Positions 49,229-59,290 of a stretch of DNA of 64,000 nucleotides are shown one piece after another. The first letter of the stretch is position 1, and each line of letters starts with the position of its first letter. Where the stretch lies: positions 47,270-111,269 of the forward strand of contig JAIYEG010000010.1 of the NCBI GenBank assembly GCA_027487075.1, given 5' to 3'. Source of the stretch: a bacterium (GTDB lineage: Bacteria > Patescibacteriota > Minisyncoccia > Phycocordibacterales > CALRBL01). The notes under the pieces are model-generated. The model had not been told where the DNA came from. It was given only the letters and a program-made list of their open reading frames with translations, and did not search any database. Made by a program: the position numbers and the translations under genes.

Positions 49229-50143
49229 ATGCAAACATTACTCAATGCTACCAAGATCATCGTTTGCGGCGCAGTGGGTGCGATGAGCGCCACCCTGCTT
49301 GCTCGGTATCTCGGAGTCAATCTGTCTCTCCATTTCTTGTGGGGATGTGCAGGTTTCATCATCGCAACATTCCTGACCAACCCGAAGGAGTTCAACTCTT
49401 TATTCCGAAAGGAATTTCGGAAGTTCACAAAGAATGTTCGCGAGGTACTTAAGGACACCACCCCTCCGTGGATGATTTCCTTGGAGGCCAATTCCATCAC
49501 TATCGAATTCGACAGGCTCATCTCTATCCACAATCGGTGGCTTACCGTCAACTTTCTTAACTGCGTGCTATGGCTTACCATCATAGTTACCAGTCTGAAA
49601 ATGTGGATCCCCGGGGTATTTACCACTAAAGAACCCTACGTGATGATTGAATACACCGTCCTCATCTTCATCACTCTCCTCATTTGCTGGGGAGCACGTC
49701 ATTCGTCGACTAAAATGCGCGTGGATGGGATGGGGTGGAGGATACACATGAACGATCGCGAACCTATCGAAAGCTATCGCGAGTGGCTCCATGCGTCGAT
49801 CAGGAAGCAAAAAGCCACCATACCAAAAACAGGATTAGGACCCTTCTGGGTAGTCTGGAGCGTTGGGAAGTGGTTGCATCAGCACTACCTTTTCTTCCTA
49901 ACCAGCTTTCTCCTGGCACTGGCTCACACATGCGTCTTCATCAAAGAACTCAACACTTACTGCGCTAGAGTGGGAGCCTTAATCGGGTACGGAGTTGGAG
50001 CATTTTTCGACTTCGACCTCTTTATCGCTGGCACAGCTGGAGGGGCGAGCGGACTCGTGCTTTATGCTGGGTCGCTTATGCTCACCCGAGTCCTGCCAAG
50101 TATCAACACGCCGTGGCCGCAATGGAATGCGTCCCACACTTAA
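49229..50143 (+). CDS. Membrane protein, GC-rich relative to flanks (hypothetical)
   Basis: 304 aa with several TM helices. Followed by a strong terminator at 50177-50212. Confidence 0.4.
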   Translation: MQTLLNATKIIVCGAVGAMSATLLARYLGVNLSLHFLWGCAGFIIATFLTNPKEFNSLFRKEFRKFTKNVREVLKDTTPPWMISLEANSITIEFDRLISIHNRWLTVNFLNCVLWLTIIVTSLKMWIPGVFTTKEPYVMIEYTVLIFITLLICWGARHSSTKMRVDGMGWRIHMNDREPIESYREWLHASIRKQKATIPKTGLGPFWVVWSVGKWLHQHYLFFLTSFLLALAHTCVFIKELNTYCARVGALIGYGVGAFFDFDLFIAGTAGGASGLVLYAGSLMLTRVLPSINTPWPQWNASHT

Positions 50144-50314
50144 TCAGCGGTGACGATAACGACGACTGCTCAATCAAAACGCCGGCGAGAAATCTCGCCG
50201 GCGTTTTTTATTCGGTCATGGTGCCCTTGCTCGGTCTCGGATAATGTGAGGTGAGACCCCGTAAGAGTTGTTTGAAACGTTTTTAAACATCAGATTGGGG
50301 CATCTCGGTCGGGG

Positions 50315-51058
50315 TCAAATTAACTGTTTAGCGAAGATTGTAGTAGGTTTAAATGATTTAATGATATCGATTTTTTTATTCGTTTTAAAGATAGTAACTG
50401 TCTTTATAACCATATTCGGTATGAGTTTTGGATGATAGAGAATATCCTTGTGAACAGCATTTTGCTTATTTTTAAACTTTTTTGGAGAATTATCACCACC
50501 AAGAAAATCGTTTCTTCCCAAAGCCAAGTGTATAGTCCCGGCAATCTTCTTATCCTGTACATCAACACCCACGTAGGGGAAGTTTTCTGTACCAATACCT
50601 AATTCAACAATCTTAGCCATACTTGGTTCCTTTTTAATTTTAGTGGTAAAACTTTGCACTTCTTTTTTGTTCCCAAAATATTCTAGAAGAGTGTCGATTT
50701 TACAATTTTTTAAAGAAAATAAAGCAGTAGTATCTTTGCTAATCTGAATTGGTAAAATACCCTTAGCATTTTTAGGAACGTAGAAGACTTCCCCGGTAGG
50801 GAGATTACCCACTTCGCCAACCTTATGGTAAAGACCACCATCTTTTCCTAATCCTTTATCACTAATTTCTATTTCAAAGGAATATGGATTTTTATTGAAG
50901 GTATAATCTACTTTTACCAAGTGAGTTCCTTCCAAGAATCTCAAGACTTTCTCGGTCCTTTTATCGACTTTATTATAGTCAGATGAAAGTCCCGTCGTAA
51001 GAACCTGTTTGGTAATCCCTGCCATGGTTGCAGCTCTAAATTTCAATTCCTTTGCCAT
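50315..51058 (-). CDS. M29 (aminopeptidase T/PepS)-like peptidase, C-terminal catalytic half only (probably truncated)
   Basis: ELGIGTENF...GTIHLALGRNDFLGGDN...HKD matches the M29 metal-binding C-domain. About 150 N-terminal residues are missing. Very AT-rich. Confidence 0.45.
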   Translation of the reverse strand: MAKELKFRAATMAGITKQVLTTGLSSDYNKVDKRTEKVLRFLEGTHLVKVDYTFNKNPYSFEIEISDKGLGKDGGLYHKVGEVGNLPTGEVFYVPKNAKGILPIQISKDTTALFSLKNCKIDTLLEYFGNKKEVQSFTTKIKKEPSMAKIVELGIGTENFPYVGVDVQDKKIAGTIHLALGRNDFLGGDNSPKKFKNKQNAVHKDILYHPKLIPNMVIKTVTIFKTNKKIDIIKSFKPTTIFAKQLI

Positions 51059-51132
51059 ATTCTTTAATGGCCCTGTCGCGGAATGGATTGTTATGGCTAG
51101 AATAATATCAAACCCCTTAAGGGTAGATTTGA

Positions 51133-51705
51133 TATTACGCTTCTTTCCAGAAAGATTGTAGACAAAAGTACCAAGGAAAGCATGAGCCGCTCATAACCAG
51201 AGAACTGTTCGACAAGGTGCAGGAGACTCTGATGGTATATACCGAGAGAAGCGAGCATAAGGAGTTTGCCTTCACCAAGCTCATGACTTGCGGACTCTGC
51301 GGATCAGGGATAACAGCTGATGACAAATTCAAAAAGCAAAAGGATGGCACTACTCACCGACACGTCTATTACGGATGCTGTCGCTTCTATGAGAAGAACT
51401 GCAAATGCGGATGGATCAACGAGGACGAACTGATCGAGCAACTTGCGACACTCATGGACAAGATAGACTTGGACGAGATCGGGATGAAGGAGAAGATAAA
51501 GGCGAAGGTCGAGGAACACAAGAAGTTAAACTCGAACCTGCTTGGCATAAAGGAGAAAGCGATCAGAGTAGCGGAAATCGATATACGAAACTATGCCAAA
51601 TATATTCTGCGAGAGTGCAGTATATGGGAGAAGCGAGAATTACTCTCATGCCTCAAGAGCAAGCTGAAGATGAACAATAAGGCGGTGAGGGTTGTGGAGA
51701 ACTAA
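51133..51705 (+). pseudogene. Remnant of a large serine recombinase (recombinase-domain tail + zinc ribbon + coiled coil; catalytic domain missing)
   Basis: ...RELFDKVQETL..., then Zn-ribbon CGLCGSGI...YYGCCRF and a coiled-coil tail. The open frame begins right after a stop at 51130-51132, with no resolvase catalytic domain upstream. Confidence 0.55.
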
Positions 51706-51718
51706 GTAAAGTAAGTAT

Positions 51719-52009
51719 TTATCGTGCTTCAGAAAGTTTCTCCGTAGGAGACAAACCTCCAAGTGCCTTGTGCGGAAAATAATTCCAGGCGTCGGTGACC
51801 GTTTCAATGGCATTACTCAAATTCACAGGATCGCCGTCATCGAACATGGCGACGATTTCCTGCATATCGTCATTGTCCTCCTCTTCGTAAATCGCCATCT
51901 TCACGTCATCAAGGGTAAAATCGCTCCCCGTTGCTTCGAGAAGCTCAGTGATTTCCTCCTCGATCTCCTTTCGACGTTCAATGATTTGTTGTTTTGATTC
52001 GGTATTCAT
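51719..52009 (-). CDS. Small acidic hypothetical protein downstream of the DGR target gene
   Basis: 96 aa, highly acidic (EEEDNDDMQE). Confidence 0.35.
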   Translation of the reverse strand: MNTESKQQIIERRKEIEEEITELLEATGSDFTLDDVKMAIYEEEDNDDMQEIVAMFDDGDPVNLSNAIETVTDAWNYFPHKALGGLSPTEKLSEAR

Positions 52010-52142
52010 ATATTTTTAAATATTTACAAAAATTTGGCGCGAGCTTGCTTCGCAAGCAAAGACAAAGTATCTAAGTATCCAAGATTCAAAGGGTCAAAGA
52101 TGCAAAGCAGAAGAATAAAGCGGAGAAAAAGGATACAAAGGA

Positions 52143-53981
52143 CTAAGCCTCAACCTTGCGGAGACGGAACGCGAACTTGCGGTCCGGACGCCACCCGCCG
52201 CCGGGCCCCGCCCAAGCGCCGTCGAGCCACAAACCGTCGACGTAGCGTACGAGCTTGAAGACGTCCGGGTCGCCGTCGGAGTCGGTAATCTGCTTCATAC
52301 CGATATAGAAATACTCTCCTAAGGGTTGATTCTTGTACTTGAGGCGGTAATTCGGTCCCGTATCTGCGGGGCATAATTCCAAACCCAGTTCTTCTGCTCG
52401 TTTATAAATCTGATCGGTGGTGGCATTTGACTTGAATCCCAAATCGGCGACAGTGAGACGGATGAGGGTAGCTTGTTCCGGTTTACCGGTAACGAAGTCT
52501 GGATTTTCTATCATGCTTTTTGCATAGTCAGAAATATTGATGCCAGCCGTTTCCATTTCAGAAATAAGTTGCTCTTTTGATTTTCCTCCGATCTCAACCT
52601 CTTCCCTTCGAATCTTCTTGTCGGGAAATGAGGTGTAAACATGCTCTAAAGTTTCAGGAAGCTTTTGGAAGATGCCTGGTTCGAGCTGGCCTACATACGC
52701 TTTCGTATGCTCATTAATTTGACTCGGCACATGAGCAATCTCTTCTTTGGTACAGTCAAAGATGACGAGCATGTCTTCTTCAGTGTTTCGATCTTGACGC
52801 AACTCAGCTACTCGGGGATCTTTCTGGTAGCCGAAGCCTTCGATCGACGAATTGATCTCATACAAGAATATGAGATCGTCTTTGGTGAACGATTCCTCAT
52901 TTTCATGTTTTTTCTCAAGAGAGGTTAAGACGCGCATGTCCTCGCTCTTCTTGCGGTAGGCATCGGCCTCGGTGCCGAATTCGGAAAGCTTGCCATCAAG
53001 AGCTTCCTGCATGACAGGCTCAACTCCCTGATGCGGGAGTATGCCTCGAACTTCCCCGATCCTGTTGTCCCCGTCCATGCGGATGGCGAGGCGCGGCTGG
53101 GTCGGTTCGCCATTTGAATCGTTGGTATAGAAGACATAAAAATCACCGCTCTCAATTTGTGCCTCAGCGGTCGAAGATCCTGCCGTACACCAACCGGTGC
53201 CCTTGCCTTCGAGCGACTTGAAGAGTTTCGCTGCATCGCCAATTCTTCCTTGCTCGTACTTGACCCACTCTCCCTTGATCTCTTCGCGGTTCTCCATCGA
53301 AGCCGCGAGGGATTTCTGGATGAGTTCTGCATAGAGGGTGGGAAACTTCTTGGAAAAGGCTTCCTTAATTTCAGGCTCCTTGAGGTTCTTGTTGTCTTCC
53401 TTTACTTTAAGGTATATGTCGGCAATCTGGGCCAGAGGCTCGCGGTAGATGTCAGGAAATGGAGCGACGGTCGAGTCGGTGCGCTTCTTGAACTCGCCAC
53501 GCTCCTTGTCGAATTGCGACAACTTGATGATGTTCTTCCAGGCAAAATATTTGAACCATGCGGGATAGACGGCGTCATCCGAGGTGAGATAGTCCATCCA
53601 AGCATCAAGGGAGTGTCTTTGGTCTTCAATAGCTACATCCATCATCTGCTCGCGTATATTTGCAGGAATTTCCTCGACAGCTTGACCACGCTCACGGGCG
53701 ATGCGTTGCTGGAGCTCGAAGTAGCTTTCAGGGAAATTCTCTTTCTTAATGAGAAGCGCGTCATATATCTTGTCCCGAAACATCTCGAGATTGCGCTCCC
53801 GCACCCTCTCGTCTGGATTGAGGAAGATATTTTCTAACCTATCCATGTACGCTTCAATACGCTCGGCCGGATCATTGGGCACTTTTTCTCCTTCAAGGCG
53901 TTCCTGCTTTTCCACCGCAGCCTGCACCTCTTCGGAGGTCTGAAGCTCGGGATTTTTGATGTGGAGAGGGTGTTTTTCCAT
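52143..53981 (-). CDS. DGR target (variable) protein, with variable repeat at its C-terminus
   Basis: 612 aa. The C-terminal 43 aa (...SDGDPDVFKLVRYVDGLWLDGAWAGPGGGWRPDRKFAFRLRKVEA) are encoded by the VR. The ...FRL ending is typical of DGR C-type-lectin-fold variable regions. Confidence 0.8.
   Translation of the reverse strand: MEKHPLHIKNPELQTSEEVQAAVEKQERLEGEKVPNDPAERIEAYMDRLENIFLNPDERVRERNLEMFRDKIYDALLIKKENFPESYFELQQRIARERGQAVEEIPANIREQMMDVAIEDQRHSLDAWMDYLTSDDAVYPAWFKYFAWKNIIKLSQFDKERGEFKKRTDSTVAPFPDIYREPLAQIADIYLKVKEDNKNLKEPEIKEAFSKKFPTLYAELIQKSLAASMENREEIKGEWVKYEQGRIGDAAKLFKSLEGKGTGWCTAGSSTAEAQIESGDFYVFYTNDSNGEPTQPRLAIRMDGDNRIGEVRGILPHQGVEPVMQEALDGKLSEFGTEADAYRKKSEDMRVLTSLEKKHENEESFTKDDLIFLYEINSSIEGFGYQKDPRVAELRQDRNTEEDMLVIFDCTKEEIAHVPSQINEHTKAYVGQLEPGIFQKLPETLEHVYTSFPDKKIRREEVEIGGKSKEQLISEMETAGINISDYAKSMIENPDFVTGKPEQATLIRLTVADLGFKSNATTDQIYKRAEELGLELCPADTGPNYRLKYKNQPLGEYFYIGMKQITDSDGDPDVFKLVRYVDGLWLDGAWAGPGGGWRPDRKFAFRLRKVEA
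52158..52285 (-). repeat. DGR variable repeat (VR)
   Basis: 128 bp. 109/128 identical to the TR, and all 19 differences lie where the TR has adenine. Confidence 0.88.
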
Positions 53982-54251
53982 AGGGGCATTTTAGCAGGAA
54001 ACAGCCGTTTTTGGTATATTGATAGAAGATCGGTTGCATTGAACGGTTACGGCTTTTCAAGACCGATTCGGCTCATATGCATTGAGAGCGTGGACGGCTA
54101 CGGTTTTCCACGGAGGATGCATGTGCCAGTCCATAAAAAAGAAAATACTTGGTGCGATGCGCTTGGTGGGTCTTGCTCACAAATTATATACAGTCCGGCC
54201 TCTCATGCTTGCATGTTAGGTGGACAGTGGCATTGATGGCGCCTCGCACGA

Positions 54252-54379
54252 ACCGACTCCGACGGCAACCCGAACGTCTTCAAGCTCGAACGCAACGACG
54301 ACGGTTTGTGGCTCAACGACAATTGGGCGAAGCCCGACAACGAGTGGAATCCGGACAACAAGTTCGCGTTCCGTCTCCG
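54252..54379 (+). repeat. DGR template repeat (TR)
   Basis: Intergenic, AAC-codon-rich (NDNWAKPDNEWNPDNK). 33 adenines, 19 of which are substituted in the VR. Followed by hairpin ccgcaac-ctcagac-gttgcgg. Confidence 0.88.
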
Positions 54380-54402
54380 AAACTGCTTTCTTTTCCGCAA
54401 CC

Positions 54403-54717
54403 TCAGACGTTGCGGTTTTTCTTTTCAGGATTTTCAAGACTCTTCTTCCAGCCGCCAAACATCTTTCCGACCTCCTCAAGCTTTAGAGCGACATCCTCGC
54501 ACTGCTTGTTGGAGATGAGCTTACCTTCCCATGCGACTGATACCAGAAATTTTAGGGTGTCTAATACAAGAATACATTCACTGACCTTTTCCAGTTTCTT
54601 CTCCTTTTCAGTAAAATAGGCGGTGTATGACAATTCAAGTAGATCTAAGAAAGTGTTCTCGATTCGAGAACCAATCGTATACCTCGAACCTTTAGCAATA
54701 TGAGGAACGATATTCAC
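54403..54717 (-). CDS. avd: Avd-like four-helix-bundle accessory protein (DGR accessory variability determinant)
   Basis: IAKGSRY...FLDLLELSY...EVGKMFGGWKKSL matches the 'four helix bundle / 23S rRNA IVS protein' family (IAEG...F.RFL.IA.GS...EV.KML.GLIKKL). GTG start; the frame stays open upstream into the (GA)n tract. Confidence 0.7.
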   Translation of the reverse strand: MNIVPHIAKGSRYTIGSRIENTFLDLLELSYTAYFTEKEKKLEKVSECILVLDTLKFLVSVAWEGKLISNKQCEDVALKLEEVGKMFGGWKKSLENPEKKNRNV

Positions 54718-54762
54718 CCAGATCAGATATCCCTCTTTGACTCGATTCAGAATCGAGGCGGA

Positions 54763-54798
<36 letters not shown>

Positions 54799-54800
54799 GA

Positions 54801-55814
54801 ATGCGGCCTGTTCATATCTACGATGATATCATTTCCGTCGAGAATTTGCTTAAGGCATGGCGAGAATTCCAGAAAGATAAAAGAAAACGCAAGGACGTGG
54901 AACGGTTCTCGGTTCACTTAACTGACAACATATTTGCCCTTCATAGGGAGTTAATGGACAAAACGTACCGACACGGCCCTTACAAAGCGTTCAAGATCAA
55001 TGACCCGAAGCCAAGAGATATTCATAAAGCTACGGTGCGAGATCGCTTGCTCCACCATGCGATCTATAGAATTCTTTACCCATACTTCGATCCGAAATTC
55101 ATCTTCGATTCTTTCTCATGCCGCCGTTCCAAAGGCACGCACCGAGCGATCAACCGCTTCCGTGATTATGCAAGAAAAGTTTCGCAAAATCACACTCGCA
55201 CTGTATGGGTGTTGAAGTGCGATATACGGAAATTCTTTGCCAATATCGACCATGCGATTTTAGAAGATATTTTAAGAAAGCGGATCGGCAATGAAGATGT
55301 CGTAATGCTTTTAAGCAGGGTCATCGAGAGCTTCAACACAAAAGGTAAGCTAGGCGTCGGACTTCCTTTGGGCAATCTGACCTCACAACTTTTGGTCAAT
55401 ATTTACATGAACGAATTTGACCATTTCTTGAAACGAAATTTGAAAATACAGTATTGCGTCAGATATGCCGATGATTTCGTCATCTTGCATGAAAACAAGA
55501 AATATCTGGAAAATATTCTGCCTCGGATATCAGAGTTTCTAGAGAGTAAATTGAGACTATCCTTGCATCCTGACAAAGTGTTCATGCGAACGATCGCCTC
55601 GGGAGTGGATTTTCTGGGATGGGTGCATTTTCCGCATCATCGGGTACCGAGGACATCGACCAGAAGGAGAATGTTAAAGAACCTGGCCAACAATCCGAAG
55701 GCGGGATCTCTGGCTTCGTATCAGGGGCTTTTGTCGCATGGAAATACGCACAAGCTACAAAAAGAGGTCGTTGATCGGAGCAAAACCGATCCCGCTAGGA
55801 ATAGGGGTTTATAA
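54801..55814 (+). CDS. DGR-type reverse transcriptase
   Basis: RT motifs 1-7: PKPRDIHKATVRDRLL, SFSCRRSKGTHRA, VLKCDIRKFFANIDH, LPLGNLTSQLLVNIYMNEFD (DGR hallmark LGxxxSQ), RYADDFVIL, SGVDFLGW. Confidence 0.9.
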   Translation: MRPVHIYDDIISVENLLKAWREFQKDKRKRKDVERFSVHLTDNIFALHRELMDKTYRHGPYKAFKINDPKPRDIHKATVRDRLLHHAIYRILYPYFDPKFIFDSFSCRRSKGTHRAINRFRDYARKVSQNHTRTVWVLKCDIRKFFANIDHAILEDILRKRIGNEDVVMLLSRVIESFNTKGKLGVGLPLGNLTSQLLVNIYMNEFDHFLKRNLKIQYCVRYADDFVILHENKKYLENILPRISEFLESKLRLSLHPDKVFMRTIASGVDFLGWVHFPHHRVPRTSTRRRMLKNLANNPKAGSLASYQGLLSHGNTHKLQKEVVDRSKTDPARNRGL

Positions 55815-55871
55815 CTTGACGATCTACGATAAGTGCTCTGTTGAGCCCTCTCGGTAGGTCTCACTAGCGTG

Positions 55872-55943
55872 TGCCCCCGGCAGGAATCGAACCTGCATCG
55901 ACTCGTTAGGAGTGAGCCGTTTTATCCATTAAACTACGGCGGC
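55872..55943 (-). tRNA. tRNA-Arg(CCU)
   Basis: T-arm GGTTCGATTCC, D-arm GTTTAATGGATAAAAC, anticodon loop CTCCTAA. One G-G mismatch in the acceptor stem and one A-C at 31:39. Confidence 0.6.
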
Positions 55944-55971
55944 GGAAATCACTATGTCTCTACTTAGGAGG

Positions 55972-56211
55972 TTAGGCAGCGATTTCGAGAAGCTCAGTAA
56001 GCGCGTCTTTATCAAAACCTATGATCACACTATCATCGATCACGGTCACTGGTACGCCCATCTGTTCGCTCCTCTCGATCATTTCTGCCCTCTTGGCTGC
56101 ATCAGCCGCTACGTTGTGTTCAGTGTACTGAATATTATGTTCTGCAAAAAAATCTTTGGTCATCTTGCAATACGTACAGTTCGGGGTGCTATAAATGGTT
56201 ACGTTTTTCAT
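55972..56211 (-). CDS. Glutaredoxin/NrdH-like small redox protein
   Basis: CTYC active site within a thioredoxin fold (KNVTIYSTPNCTYCKMTKDFF). Confidence 0.65.
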   Translation of the reverse strand: MKNVTIYSTPNCTYCKMTKDFFAEHNIQYTEHNVAADAAKRAEMIERSEQMGVPVTVIDDSVIIGFDKDALTELLEIAA

Positions 56212-56238
56212 ATGTGCTGGAGAGTATATCACATTCCC

Positions 56239-56784
56239 TTACCACGTACATGCTACCGTTCCAGTACATACTTGGTAGGTATGATCGGGGTGATACGGGT
56301 CATAAAATTGATCATTGGGTTGTACCGAACTATCGGGTGCACAGTGAGAAAAGAGCTTATACCCCACCCCATCCGAGCGATAGGTATATGCTTTCAAGTA
56401 TCCCAAACTACTACATGATATATACTTTGAAACTCCGCCTACCGGATCTCGAGGTAAAGCACTTATATACCCACCACTTACCAAACCTGGAATCCAGTTG
56501 CCATCATTATTATATCCATTTATATTTGTACTTCCTGGTTCAGAATCAAAATTTTGCGAGTTACCGTTAACGTCTACGGTTGAAGGGTATGAACCATGGT
56601 CAGCATAATACATTTCGAGAGCACTTCGAAGCGATACGAGTGTTTGTTTACGAATTGCATCACGCGCTCTCCCCCGTGCGGTATTGAGCGAACTCAACAC
56701 CACCGATGAAAGCACTCCAATAATAGCGATGACGATCAAGAGTTCAATAAGAGTAAACCCCCTAACGCTCCGGTACTTCTTCAT
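56239..56784 (-). CDS. Type IV pilin/pseudopilin
   Basis: RGFTLIELLIVIAIIGVLSSVVLSSL class III signal. Third pilin paralog in the window. Confidence 0.8.
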   Translation of the reverse strand: MKKYRSVRGFTLIELLIVIAIIGVLSSVVLSSLNTARGRARDAIRKQTLVSLRSALEMYYADHGSYPSTVDVNGNSQNFDSEPGSTNINGYNNDGNWIPGLVSGGYISALPRDPVGGVSKYISCSSLGYLKAYTYRSDGVGYKLFSHCAPDSSVQPNDQFYDPYHPDHTYQVCTGTVACTW

Positions 56785-57154
56785 CAGATTTAAAAATACT
56801 ACTTACATTGTTCCACATTTTTGAGAAGAAATCGGGTTGCTCAGGTGGCGGAGGTGGAGGTAATGGCTTATCCACCACGACGAGCACACTTTCACCCTCT
56901 TTTGACACCTGATACTTTTCTCGAAGCGCCGCCTCAATTCCTTCTTCGGTCGCAAGCTTTTCAGTTTCTTTTTTCAAAAGATCACGACGCTCCATAAGCG
57001 CATCATATTCCCTTTTAACCATCGCAACATTTTTTCGACTCTCTTTCTCTTTTTGATACACCTCAAAGGTGCCTCGCGCCAAAAGACCAATCATAATGAT
57101 GAGGCCAATAAGTACGGGCTTCGAATAGAGTCGTTGATTCTTAGAGCTTCCCAT
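56762..57154 (-). CDS. FtsB/DivIC-like septum-formation membrane protein
   Basis: N-terminal TM, then coiled coil (KESRKNVAMVKREYDALMERRDLLKKETEKL), and a poly-Pro tract. Confidence 0.4.
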   Translation of the reverse strand: MGSSKNQRLYSKPVLIGLIIMIGLLARGTFEVYQKEKESRKNVAMVKREYDALMERRDLLKKETEKLATEEGIEAALREKYQVSKEGESVLVVVDKPLPPPPPPEQPDFFSKMWNNVSSIFKSDEEVPER

Positions 57155-57327
57155 GATATATAGTATACATCATGTTATTCCATCCAAAACACAAAAAGCT
57201 ATTCAATGCGGTCTGGGCCGTTATCTGCGTTCTTGTCGCTCTCTCGATGATTCTCTTCTTCATCCCCGGCCTCCACTAAAAGACACTTAAAAACACTTCT
57301 CAGCAAGCGCGCATAAAATTCTGTTGA

Positions 57328-57444
57328 AACATTTCCTCTTATACTATTTGGAATAAACCTTGCGAGGCTCGACGGAGCGAGCACGAGGAATTTCCTAGTA
57401 AGAAAATATCCGTGTTTATGGAAAATAGTATAAGAGGAAATGTT
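57328..57444. repeat. Nested palindromic intergenic element, copy 6
   Basis: About 32-bp outer IR aacatttcctcttatactatttggaataaacc / ggtttatggaaaatagtataagaggaaatgtt around the core ...GCGAGGCTCGACGGAGCGAGCACGAGGAATTTCCTAGTAAGAAAATATCCGTG. Ends 1 nt before the lepA stop. Confidence 0.8.
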
Positions 57445-57445
57445 G

Positions 57446-59254
57446 CTAATTCCCTTTCATCATCTTGAGAAACGTCTCATGCGGAATATTCACCTTTCCG
57501 CGTCCACGTGCTTCCATTTTTTTCTTTCCTTTCTTTTGCTTTTCACGGAGCTTCATTTTTCGGGTGATGTCTCCTCCATACATATGCTGCGTCACATCTT
57601 TGCGAAATGCTGAGAGTGTTTCTGATGACATGATGCGTCCAAGGCATTTTGCTTGAATCTTAGTGGTAAACATCTGTCGAGGCAAAATGCTATGAAGCCG
57701 CGTCACCGCTTTTTCGGCTTCATCTTGCGCACGACGCACGGCAACCACACGACAAAATGCTTCTACAGGTTCTTCGGCAACGAGAATATCCATACGAGCA
57801 ACATCTGCCACACGCATACCATCAAATTCATATGAAAGTGAGGCGAACCCCGATGACACACTCTTTAGTTCGTCAAAGAAGTTACGCATGAGTTCGCGGA
57901 GTGGCATGCGGATAGCGAGTGTAGTGCGTCCATCACCGAAGGTTTCTGAATCACCAATTTCACCTTCATGCTCATATAAGAGCTGGAGAATACCTCCCAC
58001 ATACTCGGCGGGGCTCATAATCTTGAGCTTCACCCATGGCTCAAGTACTTTCTCGAAGTTCCCCGCATCAGGAAACAGTGAGGGTGAGTAGACCATTTCG
58101 CTTTTGCCATTCTTGTAATGCACTTCGTAAGTGATCGACGGCGTTGCAATCACAAGCTCCAAGCGAAATTCTCGCTTCAAGCGTTCAGTAATGATTTCAA
58201 GATGAAGAAGTCCGAGGAATCCACAACGAAATCCTCGCCCTAGTGACCCTGATGATTCCTCTTCATAGGTAAATGAAGAATCTGAAAGACGAAGCTTGCC
58301 GAGTGCCTGACGCAAGAGATCAAAATCCCCTGCATCTTCAGGATAAATAGATGCCCATACCACGGGGCTTGGTGACATATATCCCGCAAGTGCGGGAAGC
58401 GGATTCTTAAGCGTGGTCACCGTATCTCCCACCGATGCAATACCTGGCTTTTTGATACCTGTCACAATATAGCCGATCTCTCCCGCCACGATGCTGTCCC
58501 GTGGTTCTTCGTCAGGAGTAAACACTCCCACTTCAAGTGCAGTGAATTTTTCATCGGCAACTGAGAACAGAAGCAAATCATGTTTTGAAATAGATCCATC
58601 GAGCACACGCACATACACGATCACTCCCTTGTGGTTTGAATATTGAAAGTCGAAGATGAGTGAGCGGGTACTCGTCGTGTTTGCATATTCAGCGACAGGT
58701 GGAGGAATGCGCGTAATGAGTGCATCGAGAAGCTCTTTCACCCCAGCTCCCGTCTTTCCCGATGTTTCAAAAATATCGTCTTCAGCACACCCGAGCAGGG
58801 TCATCACTTCTTGCTTGATTTCTTTGATACGAGCCAGCGGTGAATCAACTTTAGAGAGCACAGGGATAATAACAAGCCCTGCATCACGTGCCATTTGGAG
58901 TGTGGTAAGTGTCTGCGCCTGCACACCCTGTGTGGAATCAACAAGAAGAATAGAACCTTCTACCGCCTTGAGTGCACGTGATACTTCGTAGAAAAAGTCG
59001 ATATGCCCTGGGGTGTCGATGAGGTTGAGGATGAACTTCTCGCCGTTCAGGGAGTGCTCCATGCGTACGGGGCGCATCTTGATGGTAATTCCCTTCTCAC
59101 GCTCGAGCTCCATACTATCGAGGACCTGCTCCTGCATCTTGCGAGCGGGGATGGTATTAGTGATTTCGAGCATACGGTCAGCCAACGTCGACTTTCCGTG
59201 GTCGATGTGAGCAATGATGCTGAAATTACGTATATGAGCCAAATTTTGAGCCAT
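57446..59254 (-). CDS. lepA: Elongation factor 4
   Basis: GTPase motifs IAHIDHGKST, DTPGH, plus the LepA-specific C-terminal domain. Confidence 0.95.
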   Translation of the reverse strand: MAQNLAHIRNFSIIAHIDHGKSTLADRMLEITNTIPARKMQEQVLDSMELEREKGITIKMRPVRMEHSLNGEKFILNLIDTPGHIDFFYEVSRALKAVEGSILLVDSTQGVQAQTLTTLQMARDAGLVIIPVLSKVDSPLARIKEIKQEVMTLLGCAEDDIFETSGKTGAGVKELLDALITRIPPPVAEYANTTSTRSLIFDFQYSNHKGVIVYVRVLDGSISKHDLLLFSVADEKFTALEVGVFTPDEEPRDSIVAGEIGYIVTGIKKPGIASVGDTVTTLKNPLPALAGYMSPSPVVWASIYPEDAGDFDLLRQALGKLRLSDSSFTYEEESSGSLGRGFRCGFLGLLHLEIITERLKREFRLELVIATPSITYEVHYKNGKSEMVYSPSLFPDAGNFEKVLEPWVKLKIMSPAEYVGGILQLLYEHEGEIGDSETFGDGRTTLAIRMPLRELMRNFFDELKSVSSGFASLSYEFDGMRVADVARMDILVAEEPVEAFCRVVAVRRAQDEAEKAVTRLHSILPRQMFTTKIQAKCLGRIMSSETLSAFRKDVTQHMYGGDITRKMKLREKQKKGKKKMEARGRGKVNIPHETFLKMMKGN

Positions 59255-59290
59255 AGAGCCTATCCTAGCAGATTTATGCCCCTGATTCCA

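Noticed and set aside
52143-54400. Shufflon-like C-terminal cassette switching by site-specific inversion (considered because of the nearby serine-recombinase remnant)
   Set aside because: The alternative copy lies beyond the 5' end of the target gene, not beyond its 3' end. The recombinase is a truncated remnant. The mismatch pattern is strictly adenine-specific. All of this points to a DGR rather than an invertible cassette.
54149-54619. 156-aa plus-strand ORF (and 54306-54518) overlapping the DGR template repeat
   Set aside because: The similarity to the target C-terminus is explained by the TR itself. The region is intergenic with respect to the avd/RT genes, and DGR TRs are non-coding templates.
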